Assembly (NCBI GenBank): GCA_030390025.1
Contig: CM059432.1
Location: 103,046,001-103,110,000, forward strand
DNA length: 64,000 bases
Reading direction: 5' to 3'
From: Squalus acanthias
Lineage: Eukaryota
How positions within the stretch are numbered: the stretch's first letter is position 1; each line of letters starts with the position of its first letter. The notes under the pieces were generated by a model. That model searched no databases, was not told where the DNA came from, and was given only the letters and a program-made list of their open reading frames with translations. The translations under genes and the position numbers were made by a program. Of this stretch, positions 1 to 13,109 are shown one piece after another.

Positions 1-497
1 CATTGGCTCAGGTGTCTAGTAGCCAACAGCTTGCCAGCCGTCAGGGAGCAAGCCAGAGCGTGGTTTGATCCCACTAACCCCGAGACAACGGAGGAATCTG
101 TCCTGAGTCAACTCACCATAGGGTATCGGAACACTAGGAGCACGGGAGCGCGCCCCTTAAGGGAAAGGTGCATGAGGCAAAGCCCGCAGCTCCGGCTCAG
201 AAAGAGTGGCATCAGGAGGGAAATCGCGCCCCACAAACCAGTGGTGTTTGTTACGGGTGCGGGAAGACAGGTTACTGGCATAAAAACTGCAGGAATCCCT
301 GGAAGGACTCCAGGGACAAAGCTCCTGCAGTCCGAACCCAAGCGCCTGTCTCTGAGAAAGGAGCTGGTGTGCCTATCCATCCCGATGCGATAGAATCAAT
401 GTTAGGAGCCATGCGGTCCCTTATGATTTCGCACGGGAGGGTGGCAGTTGTTACCGGCCCCACAGATGCCACAACCCCGTCCACCGGTACCCAATGA
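1..497 (+). pseudogene. gag: 3' part of gag (CA end and CCHC nucleocapsid) of a decayed provirus related to the 52363-64000 element
   Basis: Translations LPAVREQARAWFDP and CYGCGKTGYWHKNCRNPW match the intact Gag at 61527-63338. There is a frameshift near 170, and the frame ends TGA CTA at 495-500. Confidence 0.93.
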
Positions 498-1972
498 CTA
501 AAGCCCGCGCAGCCCGTTTACCTGTGTCCGCTCAGCTATGATGCGTGGAAAAGACCCCTGGTAGAGATGGAGGTAGAGAAGCAGAAGGGTAGTTACTTGT
601 TGGACACGGGAGCTTCATGCACCGTAATTCATACAGATAGCCCCTTTGACTCACCACTGTCTACCAAGCTCCCATTCACATTAGCGGGGTTCACGGGAAA
701 AGAGCAGGCTGGCGCGTTCTCCATTCCGCTCTCCATTCATTTAGGAGCACTCCACACCACATGAAAGTGCATACTGATGAAATGGCAAGAGGGGGGTGGC
801 AGAGGTATCCTCGGATCGGATTTCCTAGCGGAACACGGGATCCTCGTGGACCTTAGGAATCACTGTCTCTGGGGAGCCAAGGGTGGGAAAGGCAAGGTAG
901 TTGTAATCCCAGGGAAGGAAGGAAAAGGGGCCCTGTGTACCATGAAGCCATCCGGAGGCTACGACCTCGGGCTTATGGTAGCGGATGTCCCAACGGACAT
1001 GCAAACGTACGTGTCAGATAATATGCACGCGTTTGCAACCCACAAGCACGATTGTGGAGGGTTACCGGGTTTGAGGTCAGCGTAGACGGGGACCCCATGA
1101 CTCGGCCCCAAAAGCAGTATAACTTCCCCAAAGAAGCAGAACCCGACATGGAGACAGCAATGTCCTCATTGGTGCAGCAGGGCGTGTTGAGGCCAATAGC
1201 CACACACGTGAACTCCCCATTATGGCCGGTAAGGAAGCTGGATAATTCGTGGAGGGCCACGGTGGACTACAGAGTCCTTAACAGTAACATCCCCGCCTGC
1301 GCGCCCACAGTAGCAGCAGTTGCTGACCTAATAGGGAGTATCCCAGCGTCCACGACCACGTTCACGGTGCTGGATATCTTGAACGGTTTTTGGTCCATCC
1401 CGCTGCGGCGAGAGGACCAGTACAAGTTTGCCTTTACTTTCAAAGGACAACAGTACACATGGAACTGTTTGCCACAGGGTTTCCACAACAGCCCCAGTAT
1501 TTTCCATCAGTGTATTGCAGGAAGTTTAAAGGAGTTTAGTCAGCCCAATCAGATAGTGCAGTATGTGGATGATTTGCTCCTGTTCACGGACACAAGGGGG
1601 AGCATGGACCACTGTTAGCCGAGTTATTGGAGCTGCTAGCGAGAAAGGGTTTTAAAGTTAACCCTAAGAAAGCACGGATCGGTCAGCAGGAAGTAAAATT
1701 CCTGGGTCTGACCATTCGCGCTGGGGAAAGAGCCATAGATAAGGCTAGGAGGGAGTCGGTGCAGGAGTTACCGATTCCCAACACCATAATGGGTGTGAGG
1801 TCCTTTCTGGGACTGACCGGTTACTGTAGAGACTTCATCGAGGATTAAGCGGCCACAGCAGCTCCGCTGCTCCGACTTCTCCATAAGGGAGTGGAGTGGT
1901 CTTGGGACAAGGGTTGTCAGGCAGCATTCGAGAAGTTAAAAAGAGATCTACAGACCGCGCCAGCTTTAGGGG
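498..1972 (+). pseudogene. pol: Truncated pro-pol (protease, RT, start of tether) with stops and frameshifts
   Basis: Motifs LLDTGAS, ILGSDF, LPQGFHNSP and QYVDD; colinear with pol 57024-61466. It stops abruptly at LQTAPALG, where an LTR begins. Confidence 0.95.
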
Positions 1973-3649
1973 TGTAAAGATTCGCAATTATCGCGATTCA
2001 AAATAACAAGATAGAAGCAGATTCGTTTGATCAGTTTTATTAAACGAAATGCTGTCATGATATAAAGGACACAGAAGCCTGTAAAATGGCCGCCGCGCAT
2101 CGTGGCAGAAGCTTCCAGAATTACAGTGGGCAGACAAGATGGCGTTCAAATAAACATTTCAATATAAGATTGGATCATACTCGATAAACACTGATAAAGA
2201 CAGGATGCAACCTGTTTGCATTTGGAACAATAGCAAAGATATAAGTGCTGGAATCGTTTTCCATGCACAAGTAAGGACCATTGTACTGGGCAATCGAAGG
2301 CCCATCCAGACACATCAATACACAAATACCCCCACGGCTCTACAATGAGAGAGACATCGACGGGTGATTAAGCAAGCATTCGGGGGCCCCCAAAAACCCA
2401 GCCAGGAAGGCTCCTAGCCGGTTCAACAATGGGGAAAACATTAACGGGTAGTTGGCCAGTTTCAGGTGCTACCGAAACCCGTTAAGGAAAGAATCGCCCC
2501 ATGCTGGGAGTTTTGAGCACCAATATTATACAAAGGACAAACATTAAGATTTGAGCGGGAGATAAGGGGACACAGCACTATAACTATAGAGAACAAATGT
2601 CCATCGGTCTCTTATTTCTCTCGGCGAACCCTTGCTGAAGCTCTTCCTTAGGGCTGGACACTGTTGACTCTTGACTTTTAGCCGTACTGGTCGGTTATTC
2701 GAATGTTGGGTGGAGCTCGAACGGAACGAGCCACCTCGACAAGGGCAAGTGACCGGGTGCACCATCCCGAGAGTCGGTAAACGGTGTCTGGACCCGAAGG
2801 TCCAACAAGACAAGACGAAATGACAAGAAAAGAAGAAGAATCCACGTGCCGCCACAGTCAGTAAACCCCGACCGCGCCCGAAAATATAGAACTCATTTCT
2901 TGAATTCTACAGGTTATTGCACGAACCGGTTTAGGTCCATCGACTTCTTCATCACCATAGAAAGACTCTTCATTGAATTCTACCGACAACTGGTGTCAGT
3001 ACAGGAAGACTTTCTTTGAGTTCTACAACCGGGCCCGAATTCTGTCGAGTTCTTCATGACAACGGGGAGCCCGGCCTGCTTGTCGCAGCAGCGAAGATAA
3101 ACAAGTGGGGTACAGAGACCCCTCCAAACACGTGACAGTCAGGCGCTGCAGCGAATGAGCCGAGTGCCTCACTTTAAAATTCTCCGACGTATCACGAGTG
3201 GTGAGCATGTTTCCCGATCCTACAAATCTAGATGTAGTGTAGGTATTGATAGGGGAGGGTGGTTTTATTAAGGATAAAGTATAATGTGTTCCCCTTTTTA
3301 CGATGTGCCGTGCGTTCTTCATTACCACAGACCAAGCTTTATGAATGTATGTATACTTGTACTCTCGTTAATTTGCGCCTATGACATGTACTTCATGATC
3401 TTGGACGCTATGCAATAAAGATCTTCCATTTCGCACTATTCAACCGAGTCTATTTGAGTTTTTCTCTGCATTACTGCTCTCGCACCTAAGTCCAGTGTTA
3501 GAACCGTAAGGGCGAGTGGGTCGAACCACTCACAGGTGCTTATTGCAACAAGGCTGGCCGGAGACCAGAGCAAGCAATAGTATTAGGCAACGAAGGCCTA
3601 ACCTCGCACCAGCACCGTCTGTGATACAAGCACGACAAGACCCCTTACA
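1973..3649 (+). mobile_element. LTR (subfamily B, about 1.68 kb) of the same retrovirus-like family
   Basis: Starts TGTAAAGATTCGCAATTATCGCGATT and ends CCCCTTACA; AATAAA at 3414-3419. Highly similar to 29651-31315 and shares blocks with LTR 52363-53966. Confidence 0.92.
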
Positions 3650-3651
3650 CT

Positions 3652-3762
3652 TTTTCCAGTTCTGACGAAAGGTCATCGACCTGAAACGTTAACTCTGTTT
3701 CTCTCTCCACAGATGCTGCCTGACCTGCTGAGTGTTTCCAGCATCCGCAGTATTTTGCTTTT
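3652..3762 (+). repeat. Penelope-like element terminal (pLTR) fragment
   Basis: Same sequence as the arms of the inverted repeat at 46436-46664; contains a hammerhead core. Confidence 0.7.
3658..3694 (+). ncRNA. Minimal type I hammerhead ribozyme motif
   Basis: AGTT-CTGACGA-A-AGGTC-ATC-GACCT-GAAAC-GTT-AACT: conserved core, 5-bp stem II, 4-bp stem I and palindromic AACGTT in place of stem III. Confidence 0.7.
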
Positions 3763-3769
3763 GTAAGAG

Positions 3770-5510
3770 CATGCAAGCTGTTGTTCACAGCAAGCATGTT
3801 CTCGTTTGACTGGCTCATTTGCTCCTCCATGCAGGTGGCCACCCTTTCCAAGGAACAGTATATCATCACCATCGCCTGCGCATGGTGCTGCTCATGTTGG
3901 AGATGGGCTCCTCCATTCTCTCTATAATTGCGCATTTTTTGCTGCTCCTCAAATATCAACCTCTTTGTCGATGGCCCTCAAGGTTCAGCATCTGCATGCA
4001 GCTGAACAGAGCTTGGAGCATCCTGCGCCGTCCGGCGAGGAGTCTCCACTGCTGTCCCTGTCTCCACAATCTGCTCTTGCTCACTTGTGATGTGTGAAAC
4101 ACCAGGTGACAACAATACTCTATGTCTCGCAGGACCCAGCGATGTGCTCGTATCTGTGCTGGTGCTGGGTGCGCATTGGTCTGCTCACGGTGCACCCTCA
4201 GAGACCGGAGCTTCCTCTGAGAAGTTGTCTTCTTCCGCCGGCCGGACAGTGTGGGGGGCACTTGATGGACCTGTGGGACAGTAAAGACATGAATTAGAAC
4301 TCTTATGGTAAGAATGTTTAACGTTACGATTATGCACATGATGATAATTCACTGGCTGCTGACATCAGTCACCATGAATGACTGTTGTATGCCATGTGGC
4401 TGTATGAGATTTCATTTTGTCACTAGATTGCTGGGAGGTCCCCCTCTCTCCATCTCCCACTGTCAGTAGCTCTGCTACTCCACTTAATTCCAGCGCCTCC
4501 TCCTCTGCTGGCATCAATGTACTGTAAATTGGAGGGCCACCTCCAGTTCTCTGCCTCTCTGTTGTTTTGCGCTCTCTTCTCCTGCAAGGGGGGAAAGAAG
4601 AGAACTTTGAGTGAGAGTGATGGAATGAGTGTAGGGGATGGATGGGCTACATCTGTAGAGGGTGACTATGAGGGAGTGGCATGACATTACCAAATGGCCT
4701 CCTTCTGTGGACTTGCTTTCTATGATGGCATTAGGCTGAGAGTCATTGTCAGTGGTGGATAGTCAGATGGGGATGTGAGTCGGTGCATAGACAGTGAGGG
4801 ATGGGAGCACCTGCCAGGTAGGTCGGTGTGAGGAGTGACGTGCAGGAGTAGGCTTGGGAAGGCAGAGTGATGGGGTTGGGGTGACACGCACATCAGGCTA
4901 TAGTTGAATGTGGCATTGCACTCACCTTTCCTGACCTAATGATGTCATTAAATCTCTTCCTACGCTGCATCCGGGAAAGGCTGACAACACCCCTGCTGCT
5001 CACTTCGAGTGCAATCTCCAGCCATGCCCTCTTTGTTTCACTGGCTTTCCTCTTCCTGCCATCGCCAGGGAACAGGACCTCCTTCCTTGCTCTCACTCCC
5101 TGGAGCAGGATGTCCAGGGAGGAATCTGAAAACCTGGGCGCATTCTTCTGGCGCTGAGACTGCATCGTTGGCTATAAACGATTGCACCCTCGCAGTCAAA
5201 GTATTGAATGTAACAGTGACAGGCACCTCCCACAACCACCTCAGACCCTCCTGCAACAAGCTTCAACTCTGATGTGTGCAAAGCTCCTTTAAATAGGCGA
5301 GCTGAAGACACATCATCCATGACATCATCAGACCCGCTCCATTTAATTGGCTGGGAAACCCGCATGACTCAGTAAATTGATCTCGTTAAGTTAAACACAC
5401 AGTGGACAGCGTGCTGATGGAAAGTTCGTGATGGCGACCCATTACGTGCCCCCCTCCCCCCCCCCCCCACCCCCGCGCCCGAACCCACTCACAGGTAAAA
5501 ATTCAGTCCA
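3770..5510 (-). mobile_element. Degenerate PIF/Harbinger relic containing Myb/SANT-like gene remnants
   Basis: ORF 4893-5165 (RFSDSSLDILL..AWLEIA..RKRFND) is homologous to Harbinger Myb exon 1 and is followed by a GTGAGT donor near 4926. Confidence 0.7.
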
Positions 5511-5949
5511 AAGTTTTTCTAAAATAGCGATTCGTATTAAGACTAACATCCCCCATTTTGACTCAGTATTCTAAAGCCCACAAAGGAACCCTGCTTCTGA
5601 AACTAAAAAGCAATCAAGAACTGTGTATAAAAGTTATAACCTTGACAATTCTAAACAGCTACAACATGTCCATAGCAGTGAGACGAGTCTGGCAGCCATT
5701 TCGAACAATAAAACGTACAGACATAATGGAAAATCTTGTCTGTGTGATCACTTGTCTTCTATAATCATCTTTGCTGACTCCTAACAGTAACTGTTATAAA
5801 TATTTTTTATTGCTATTGCAAGTTAAAATTATTAAAGATTTTATCAATTTCTCTTCTATGATTTCTGACAAGTTGATCTCATCGATTTCAGTTTGAAATT
5901 ATTTCCTTTGTATTATTACTTACTTTGTGAATTAAGTTTTATCTCCATA

Positions 5950-8900
5950 AGCTCCATAAACATTCATATGCTCCACCACACCCTCACACACGTAACACTG
6001 TTGCAAGCTTCACAGCCAGATCTCACAGCTTGTATACACTGCCAGCTATTCAACCATGACAGCCACGTCACCCAAACATATTGCACAGCATTCACTGTCA
6101 CACTTACCTCTTTCTTGCAGGACAAGGTGGTGCACAACCAGAGGCAGCAGGATCTAACCGGTGGGGGACAGGTGCGTCTACATGTTCTTACCCCTATAGA
6201 GGAGACTATGATTCGATGATTCTACGGTGCGCGCTATCATTGGAACAGCCATTGCTGAGGCCGTGCTAGTGGCGGGGCTGAAACCATACAGGATGACGGT
6301 ATCCTCATACTCAATCCACCTTCTCACATCCCACTCCCTCTCATCCCACAATCTCTTCTGATTTACAAGCTGCAGATGGTGAAAGCATGCGCCCCTTGCT
6401 TTCCCCACGCTCCTCACCACAACCCTACCCTTGTGCCTTTCTCCTTTCAGATACCTAGGAACCTTTCTCCTTTCCGATACCTAGGAACTGCAACCTGACC
6501 AGGCAGTGGTGGAAGAGCAACAGGTGGAAGAGCAAGAAGACAGTGATGATGAAGAAACACCGTCACTCAATTTCACATTCGCAGCCACCAGCTCAGATAC
6601 TGTCACTGCAAGTAACTTAGAGGATAGGTTAGAGGCGGGATCGGAACATGGTGAGACACCAGGCACGAGTGGCCTGCAGCCAGGGCAGAGGGCAAGGATA
6701 GCGCAGATGCCAGCTCGCCGGAGGGCGAGGTCACACACGTGTTCTGCTTGAGAGGACTCAGATGAGCACTTCGATGGGGCGGGCTACAGAAGAAGGCTGT
6801 GGGTCTGCACAATGAAATGTTTGGTGCATTGGCAGGCCTGCCAGAAAGCCTGCGTGCAATGTCAAGGAGCATGGAGGAGTCCGGCACCAACGTTGCACAG
6901 GGCTTTGTGCAGAGTTTGGAGCCCATCCTTTTCAGCATGGAAGTGGTGGCCAACTCGATTAGCACACTTGTGGACCTAACCATGATGCAGGGTCTGATGG
7001 TCAATGTCTCAGCTTCCACTGCAGCACAAGCAGCAACCACCCAACATCAGTGCTGCAGTGGAAGCTCAGACTGCTGCCATCATGGCTCTGGATTCTAATG
7101 TTCAAAGGGGCTTTCACGGTATCATAGCAGTCCAGCAATCTGTCCTCCAATTGATAACTGGGATTGCTGAGGCGCCACCCCGGAGGAGTGGAATTGGTCC
7201 GTGGAGCACGAACCTGCTGTCCTCTCTCAGGATGACAGCATTGGTGCTCCCACCACTGCCACTCCACCAGTGCCTTTGCTGTTGCCTGTCAGCCAGCCAG
7301 CCCAGACTGCTGCAGGCGAGATGGTGCAGTCTGCAGCCGGGCCTTCTAGGACAATAGGTAATCGTCCAAGGCTATCTGAAGTCTCCTGCACTGAGAATCA
7401 GCAGCCTTCCACCAGCCAAGCTGCAGTCACTGGGGTAGCACTGCGCAGGAGCACTAGGACAGGCAAAGGCACACGGAAGACAGGTACTAAGGGAATGTAC
7501 AAGGGTGATTAGTTTACGTTTATATGCAATATGGCATGATTTCATTTATAAATTTGGTTTGGAATGTTTATTTGGTGGTGGCTTTTATTTTTGCATTGTG
7601 GCCAAGTGGATATTGTGATGATCAGTGACAGAGGGAATGTAAGGTGTGGGACTATTGGTGAATGGGGAATTTGGTTGCGTTTACTGGTAATGCACTTGGA
7701 TGAGTTCTTCGTGGATAGCCCAGCCATAAAGGGGCTGTTTAGGTTGCCTCCTCCCTCTTCCTCCTCCTCCTCCTCTTCCTCCTAATCCTCCTCCAACTCA
7801 TGCTCCTGCTCCTCAGCTGGTCACCATATAGCTGGTGGGAGGTGCTGTGCCCTCATGATGGTGAGATTGTGCAGCATGCAGCAGACCATGACGAATCTTG
7901 ATACCTGCTCTGCTGAATACTGCAGGGCTCCTCCAGAGTGGTCCAGGAAGCGGAAGCATTGGGCCAGAAATTCGGCTCCCTGGCTTCCCGCGGGTGCAAG
8001 GATCGCGTGCGCACCTACCTACCGCGCCTGCCGTTGACCTCTGGGCCCACAGGGACTTCGGCTCCTGGGCCTCCCCCAACTGCCGGCGCGCAGTGATTGT
8101 GTATCCCAGGGGCGTAGTTAGTGCGATGCGTCCCCTGGGATCACGTGGGCCATGGAGAGCCAATGGCAGCAGACCATCTTTCATTCATAGATTTGACAGG
8201 AAGACCTGTCAAATCTATGAATACAGATCGGCCCCAAAACATCCCTAAAACTACAAATACATTTTTTTTTAAACATCACATTTTTAAAATAACTATAAAT
8301 TACATTAATTAACTATTTTAAACAAAAATTTTAATTTTTGAAAAAATTAATTACATTTTTTAACGGGGCTAAAACTAAACTTACCTTTCTTTAAAGTAAT
8401 TTAAAAAGATAAATCTGTGAAAAAAATGTTTAAATTTTAATAAAATCAACACTTACCTTGTTAAAAGAAGGCCTTGTGCATCCTTTTTAAAAGTGTATCT
8501 TCTCCGTGCTTACCCTCACGGAGGAACCTGTAAAAAAATCCGAAGTGCGAGGCGAACGCGCTGGCCCTCCGGCGTGCGCGTTCGACCTCTGAACCCCTTT
8601 CCTCAGGGGAATGGAAGTGCCGGTTTCCCGCGCATGCGCAGTGCATGCAAGAAACCGGCACTTTCGTTCCGTCTACGGGTGAGTACACAGTGCGTACTCA
8701 CCCGACAACAGCCAAATTTCTGCCCCATAGTTTCAGCATGCCAATGGTCTGCTCTATCACATTTTGTGTGGCAGCATGGCTTTCATTGTATACATGCAGC
8801 CCACGTGTGCATGAGTTGCACACTGGAGTCATGAGTCATGTCATCAGTGGATAGCCCTTGTCACCCAGTAGCCACCCTTTGGTTTGTCTTGGTGGCTCAA

Positions 8901-9045
8901 ATGCAGATGGCACAGCGGACTGCCGCAGAATGAAGGCATCATGGCTGCTGCCAGGATACTGGGCATTAACCTGCATAATTCGTTGCCTATGGACATACAC
9001 CAGCTGACCGTTGAGGGAGTGGAAACCCTTTCAGTTGTTGTACAA
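5950..9045. mobile_element. Degenerate Harbinger relic: + strand Myb-like exons 2-3 (about 6121-7512) and - strand transposase C-terminal remnants (7680-7960, 8727-9045)
   Basis: DKVVHNQRQQDLTGGG exon after a CAG acceptor; QSAAGPS..LRRSTR tail. The minus strand gives [21 protein letters not shown] and KGFHSLN pieces, interrupted by a MITE. Confidence 0.8.
7961..8726. mobile_element. MITE (Harbinger-type ends), copy 1
   Basis: GGGCCAGAAATT..AATTTCTGCCCC terminal inverted repeats; close copy at 35273-35943; splits a transposase remnant. Confidence 0.88.
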
Positions 9046-9803
9046 CTGCCATCCTTACCTGGTCTGGCCTATATGTGACTCCAGACCCACAGCAATGTGG
9101 CTGACTCTTAACTGCCCTCTGAAATGGCCTAGAAAGCCACTCATTTGTAAAAAACCGCTACAAAAAACAATAAGAATAAAACCGGACGGACCACCCGGCA
9201 TCGACCTCGGCACCAGCTATGGACACGACAACGGCACACCCAGCCCAGTCGACCCTGCAAAGTACTCCTTACCAACATCTGTGGAATTGTGCCAAAATTG
9301 GGAGAGCTGTCCCACAGACTAGTCAAGCAAGAGCCTGACATAGTTATACTCACAGAATCATACCTTTCAGCCAATGTCCCAAACTGCTCCATCACCATTC
9401 GTGGGTATGTCCTGTCCCACCGGCAGGACAGACCCAGCAGGGGTGGCGGCACAGTGGTATACAGTCGGGAAGGAGTGGCCCTGGGAGTTCTCAACATTGA
9501 CTCCGGACCCCATGAAGTCTCATGGCTTCAGATCAAGCATGGGCAAGAACACCTCCTGCTGATTACCACCAACCGCCCTCCCTCAGCTGATGAATCAGTA
9601 CTCCTCCATGTTGAACATCACTTGGAAGAAGCAGTGAGAGTAGCAAGGGCACAGAATGTACTCTGGGTGGGGGATTTCAATGTCCATCACCAAGAGTGGC
9701 TCGGTAGCACCACTACTGACTGAGCTGGCCAAGTCCTGAAGGATATAGCTGCCAGTCTGGGCCTGGGTGGTGAGAGAACTAACTCGAGGGAAAAACCTAC
9801 TTG
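9046..9803 (+). mobile_element. 5' fragment of an APE-RT LINE (5'UTR and endonuclease), same family as 27330-32160
   Basis: PDIVILTESYL, RQDRPSRGGG and VGDFNVHH AP-endonuclease motifs. Confidence 0.88.
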
Positions 9804-11174
9804 GCCCTCTTAGGGCGCTAACGGGAGGTGCAAATCAACCAAATTTTTAGCCCTTGAAGTCAGGAAAAATTCCTTCCGCATGTGTCACACCACTCTCTGT
9901 AGACTTTAACAACCTTAAGCAACTATAGAAAGCACTAAACACTTGTAGAATTATAGCAGCAGCCAGTAGAAATCAATTAGCAACTACCCTGTAAGTAGGT
10001 GATGATCCCTTTAAATAGGGCTGGTGATGGTCCTTCATGCTGCTGAATGCATGTTCAGCTGTGCAAGCTTAAGAGAGGGCATTAGCTGGAGTGTTGAGCT
10101 CCAAAATGGCAGCGCTGGCATCAAATTGACGTCTGATTGATGCCATAATCTGCCTACTCTGCATACATCCAGCAGACGCTCACTGCACACGCACTAACGC
10201 CCTTACCGATATGGTATCCAAAGCTACTCACACCAGAAGTGTGTGCATATGTCGCGGATGCCATTTTGCACCACTAAGGGCACTCATAGTGCCCAAAAAA
10301 CGGGCACTATGGATCCAAATTTTGCACCCAATGTTTATACTAATGAAATAAAGCATTTAATTCATTGTTAGTCACAGCATTACCAAGAGTAAAGATGGTG
10401 GCCTATAAATCAGTCCGCACAGTGCACATTTTTCAGGCGCTATCTTGCCTACTAGTAATTACAACATTTCCTACATTAGAACAGTAACTACACTTCGAAA
10501 AACTTACTTAATTGGCTGTAATGTTGGGACATCCTGCGGTTGTGAAAAGCACTTTGTAAATGCAAGTTCTTACTAAGCCCCCAATATGGCGGGCAGGAAG
10601 CGCCTGTCATTTTCGGCCAGAAATGCGCCACCCGCCATATTGGTAAAAGAAAAAATGTAGGCATCTGAGGCCCACACCTGAAACAGGCATTAGGGTCTTT
10701 GCATATGTAAATAAGGAGTCTAATATCTGTTTGAGGCCCCCACTGCAAGATTGGTTTGGTCAGATGCAACCGTCAGCAGTGCTGGCCACACTCAGAAAAT
10801 CCAGACCTTGGGACTGCCTGCTACTAAAAAGGTAAGTTTTTGAAATTTATGATGCTAGCAGCTTGGTTCACTCTTCAGTGGCTAGCTCTGTGGGAATGAG
10901 GCCCGAGGCCCAATATCGGGTTGCCTCGGGTCTCACCATTCAGGCACAGGAAACGTACCCTGTTCCCCCCGCGCATTGTTTCTCACTTGTGCAAATGGTG
11001 GGTCTTCCAGTTTTTCACCTTATATCCTCCGCAGTTTACTGAACTGTGTGTGGCATTAATTTTATGTGGCAACTACTTAATATATTTTGTTATAAAGTTT
11101 ATGCACATTAGCAATATATATCCAAAGTTAAATAAAATAAAATTAAGGCTATAGAAGTATTATTAGGTGTGACT

Positions 11175-11700
11175 TTTTTTTTATTCGTTCCTGGGATGTG
11201 GGCATCTCTGGCAAGGCCAGCATTTATTGCTCATCCCTAATTGCCTTTGAGAAGGTGGTGGTGAGCCGCCTTCTTGAACCGCTGCTGTCCATGTGGTGAA
11301 GGTACTCCCACAGTGCTGTTAGGGAGGGAGTTCCAGGATTTTGACCAAGCGACGAAGGAACAGCAATATATTTCCAAGTCAGGATGGTATGTAACTTGGA
11401 GGGGAACTTGGAAGTGGTGGTATTCCTATGCACCTGCTGCCCTTGTCCTTCTAGGTGGTAAGAGGTCGCAGGTTTGGGAGGTGCTGTTGAAGAAGCCTTG
11501 ACGAGTTGCTGCAGTGCATCTTGAAGATGGTGTACACTGCAGCCACGGTACGCCGGTGGTGGAGGGAGTGAATGTTGTGGCTGGTCCAGTTAAGTTTCTG
11601 GTTCATGGTGACCCCCTGTATGTTGATGGTGGGGGATTCAGCGATGGTAATGCCGTTGAATGTCAAGGGGCGGTGGTTAGACTCTTGCTTGTTGGAAATA
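11175..11700 (-). mobile_element. 3' end of an APE-RT LINE (continues at 16126-16545 after a CR1 insertion)
   Basis: Matches 27330-28050, including the 3' tail; colinear with 16126 onward. Confidence 0.85.
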
Positions 11701-12179
11701 ATCGGAGTGCAGCTTGGAACAGAGTGTAAATGTGTGAGTTTGGTGAGTAAGGGAGTTCGGTGAGGAGGGGAGAGAGGTGCTCCTTTCTTCTTTTACTATC
11801 TTTGTCAGCCTCCAGGAGAGCAGGAGTTAAAAATCTGCACGAGAGGGGACAGAGAACCAACGGGAGTTTGGCTCTGTGAAACACCCCAACCGCATTCGGA
11901 GAAAAATAAAAGGTGACAGCACAGGGAAAAGTCAGAGGCAGCGGACCTGAGCGGGAGTAAGAGCAGAGGCGGAACAAATAAACAGCGCGGCAGAGGAAGG
12001 CCCGAGAGCAGAGGCAGCAGACCTGACAACAAAAACAAGGAGTGATGTCACAGGAAAGCAGGGAAGTGATTGGTTGGTCAGTATTTCTCTCTTTTCTTGG
12101 GCATTGGTTTAAATTAAGAGCCGGGATTAAAAACTAAACGTTCAAAACTTAAACACTTAATTAATTAAATACATTAGAG

Positions 12180-13109
12180 ATGGTAGGGCAGACGATATGT
12201 TACTGCTGCAACATGTGGGAGCTGGTGGACACAATTGAGGTCCACGGCGACCACATTTGCAGTAAGTGTTGGTTGCTCGAGGAACTTCGGCTCCGTGTTG
12301 ATGAGCTGGAGTCCGAGCTTCAAAATCTGCAACACATCAGGGAGGGGAAGAGTTACCTGGACACTGTGTTCCAGGAGGCAGTCACACCCCTTAGATTAAT
12401 TCATTCAAATTTGGTCCGTGGTCAGGGACAGGTGGGTATGACTACGAGCGAGACAGGTATGGGGAACCAGGAGGTAGTGGTGGAGGAGCCTCAGCCCTTG
12501 CTCTTGTCTAACAGTTACAAGGTTCTTACTCCCTGTGTGGACTGCAGGGAGGATGAGCACAGCACCGTGGTACAGGGAGCGATTCAAGACGGGGGAGCAA
12601 AAAGAAATGTGGTAGTGGTAGGGGACAGTATAGTTAGGGGGATAAACACGGTTCTCTGCAGCCAAGAGCGTGAGTCCCGAAGGCTGTGTTGCCTGCCAGG
12701 TGCCAGGGTAAAGGACATCTCCTCTGGGCTGGAGAGGAACTTAGAGTGGGAGGGGAAAGATCCAGTTGTCGTGGTCCATGTAGGTACCAACGACATAGGT
12801 AGGACAAAGAAAGAGGTTCTGCTGAGGGAGTATGAACAGCTAGGGGTTAAATTAAAAAGCAGAACCACAAAGGTAATAATCTCTGGATTACTACCTGAGC
12901 ATTGTGCAAATAGGGTAAATAAGATCAGAGAGATGAACGAGTGGCTCAAAGATTGGTGTGGGAGAAATGGGTTTCGATTCCTGGGGCAGTGGCACCAGTA
13001 CTGGGATGAGAGGGAGCTGTTTCGTCAGGACAGGCTTCATTTGAACCAGGCTGGGACCAGTGTCCTAGCTAATCGAATAACTAGGGCTGTAGATAGGGCT
13101 TTAAACTAA
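12180..13109 (+). CDS. CR1 ORF1p: zinc finger/leucine zipper plus SGNH esterase
   Basis: Open 309-aa ORF with CxxC..CxxC, heptad leucines, GDSIVRG, HVGTND and DRLHLN motifs. Confidence 0.88.
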   Translation: MVGQTICYCCNMWELVDTIEVHGDHICSKCWLLEELRLRVDELESELQNLQHIREGKSYLDTVFQEAVTPLRLIHSNLVRGQGQVGMTTSETGMGNQEVVVEEPQPLLLSNSYKVLTPCVDCREDEHSTVVQGAIQDGGAKRNVVVVGDSIVRGINTVLCSQERESRRLCCLPGARVKDISSGLERNLEWEGKDPVVVVHVGTNDIGRTKKEVLLREYEQLGVKLKSRTTKVIISGLLPEHCANRVNKIREMNEWLKDWCGRNGFRFLGQWHQYWDERELFRQDRLHLNQAGTSVLANRITRAVDRALN

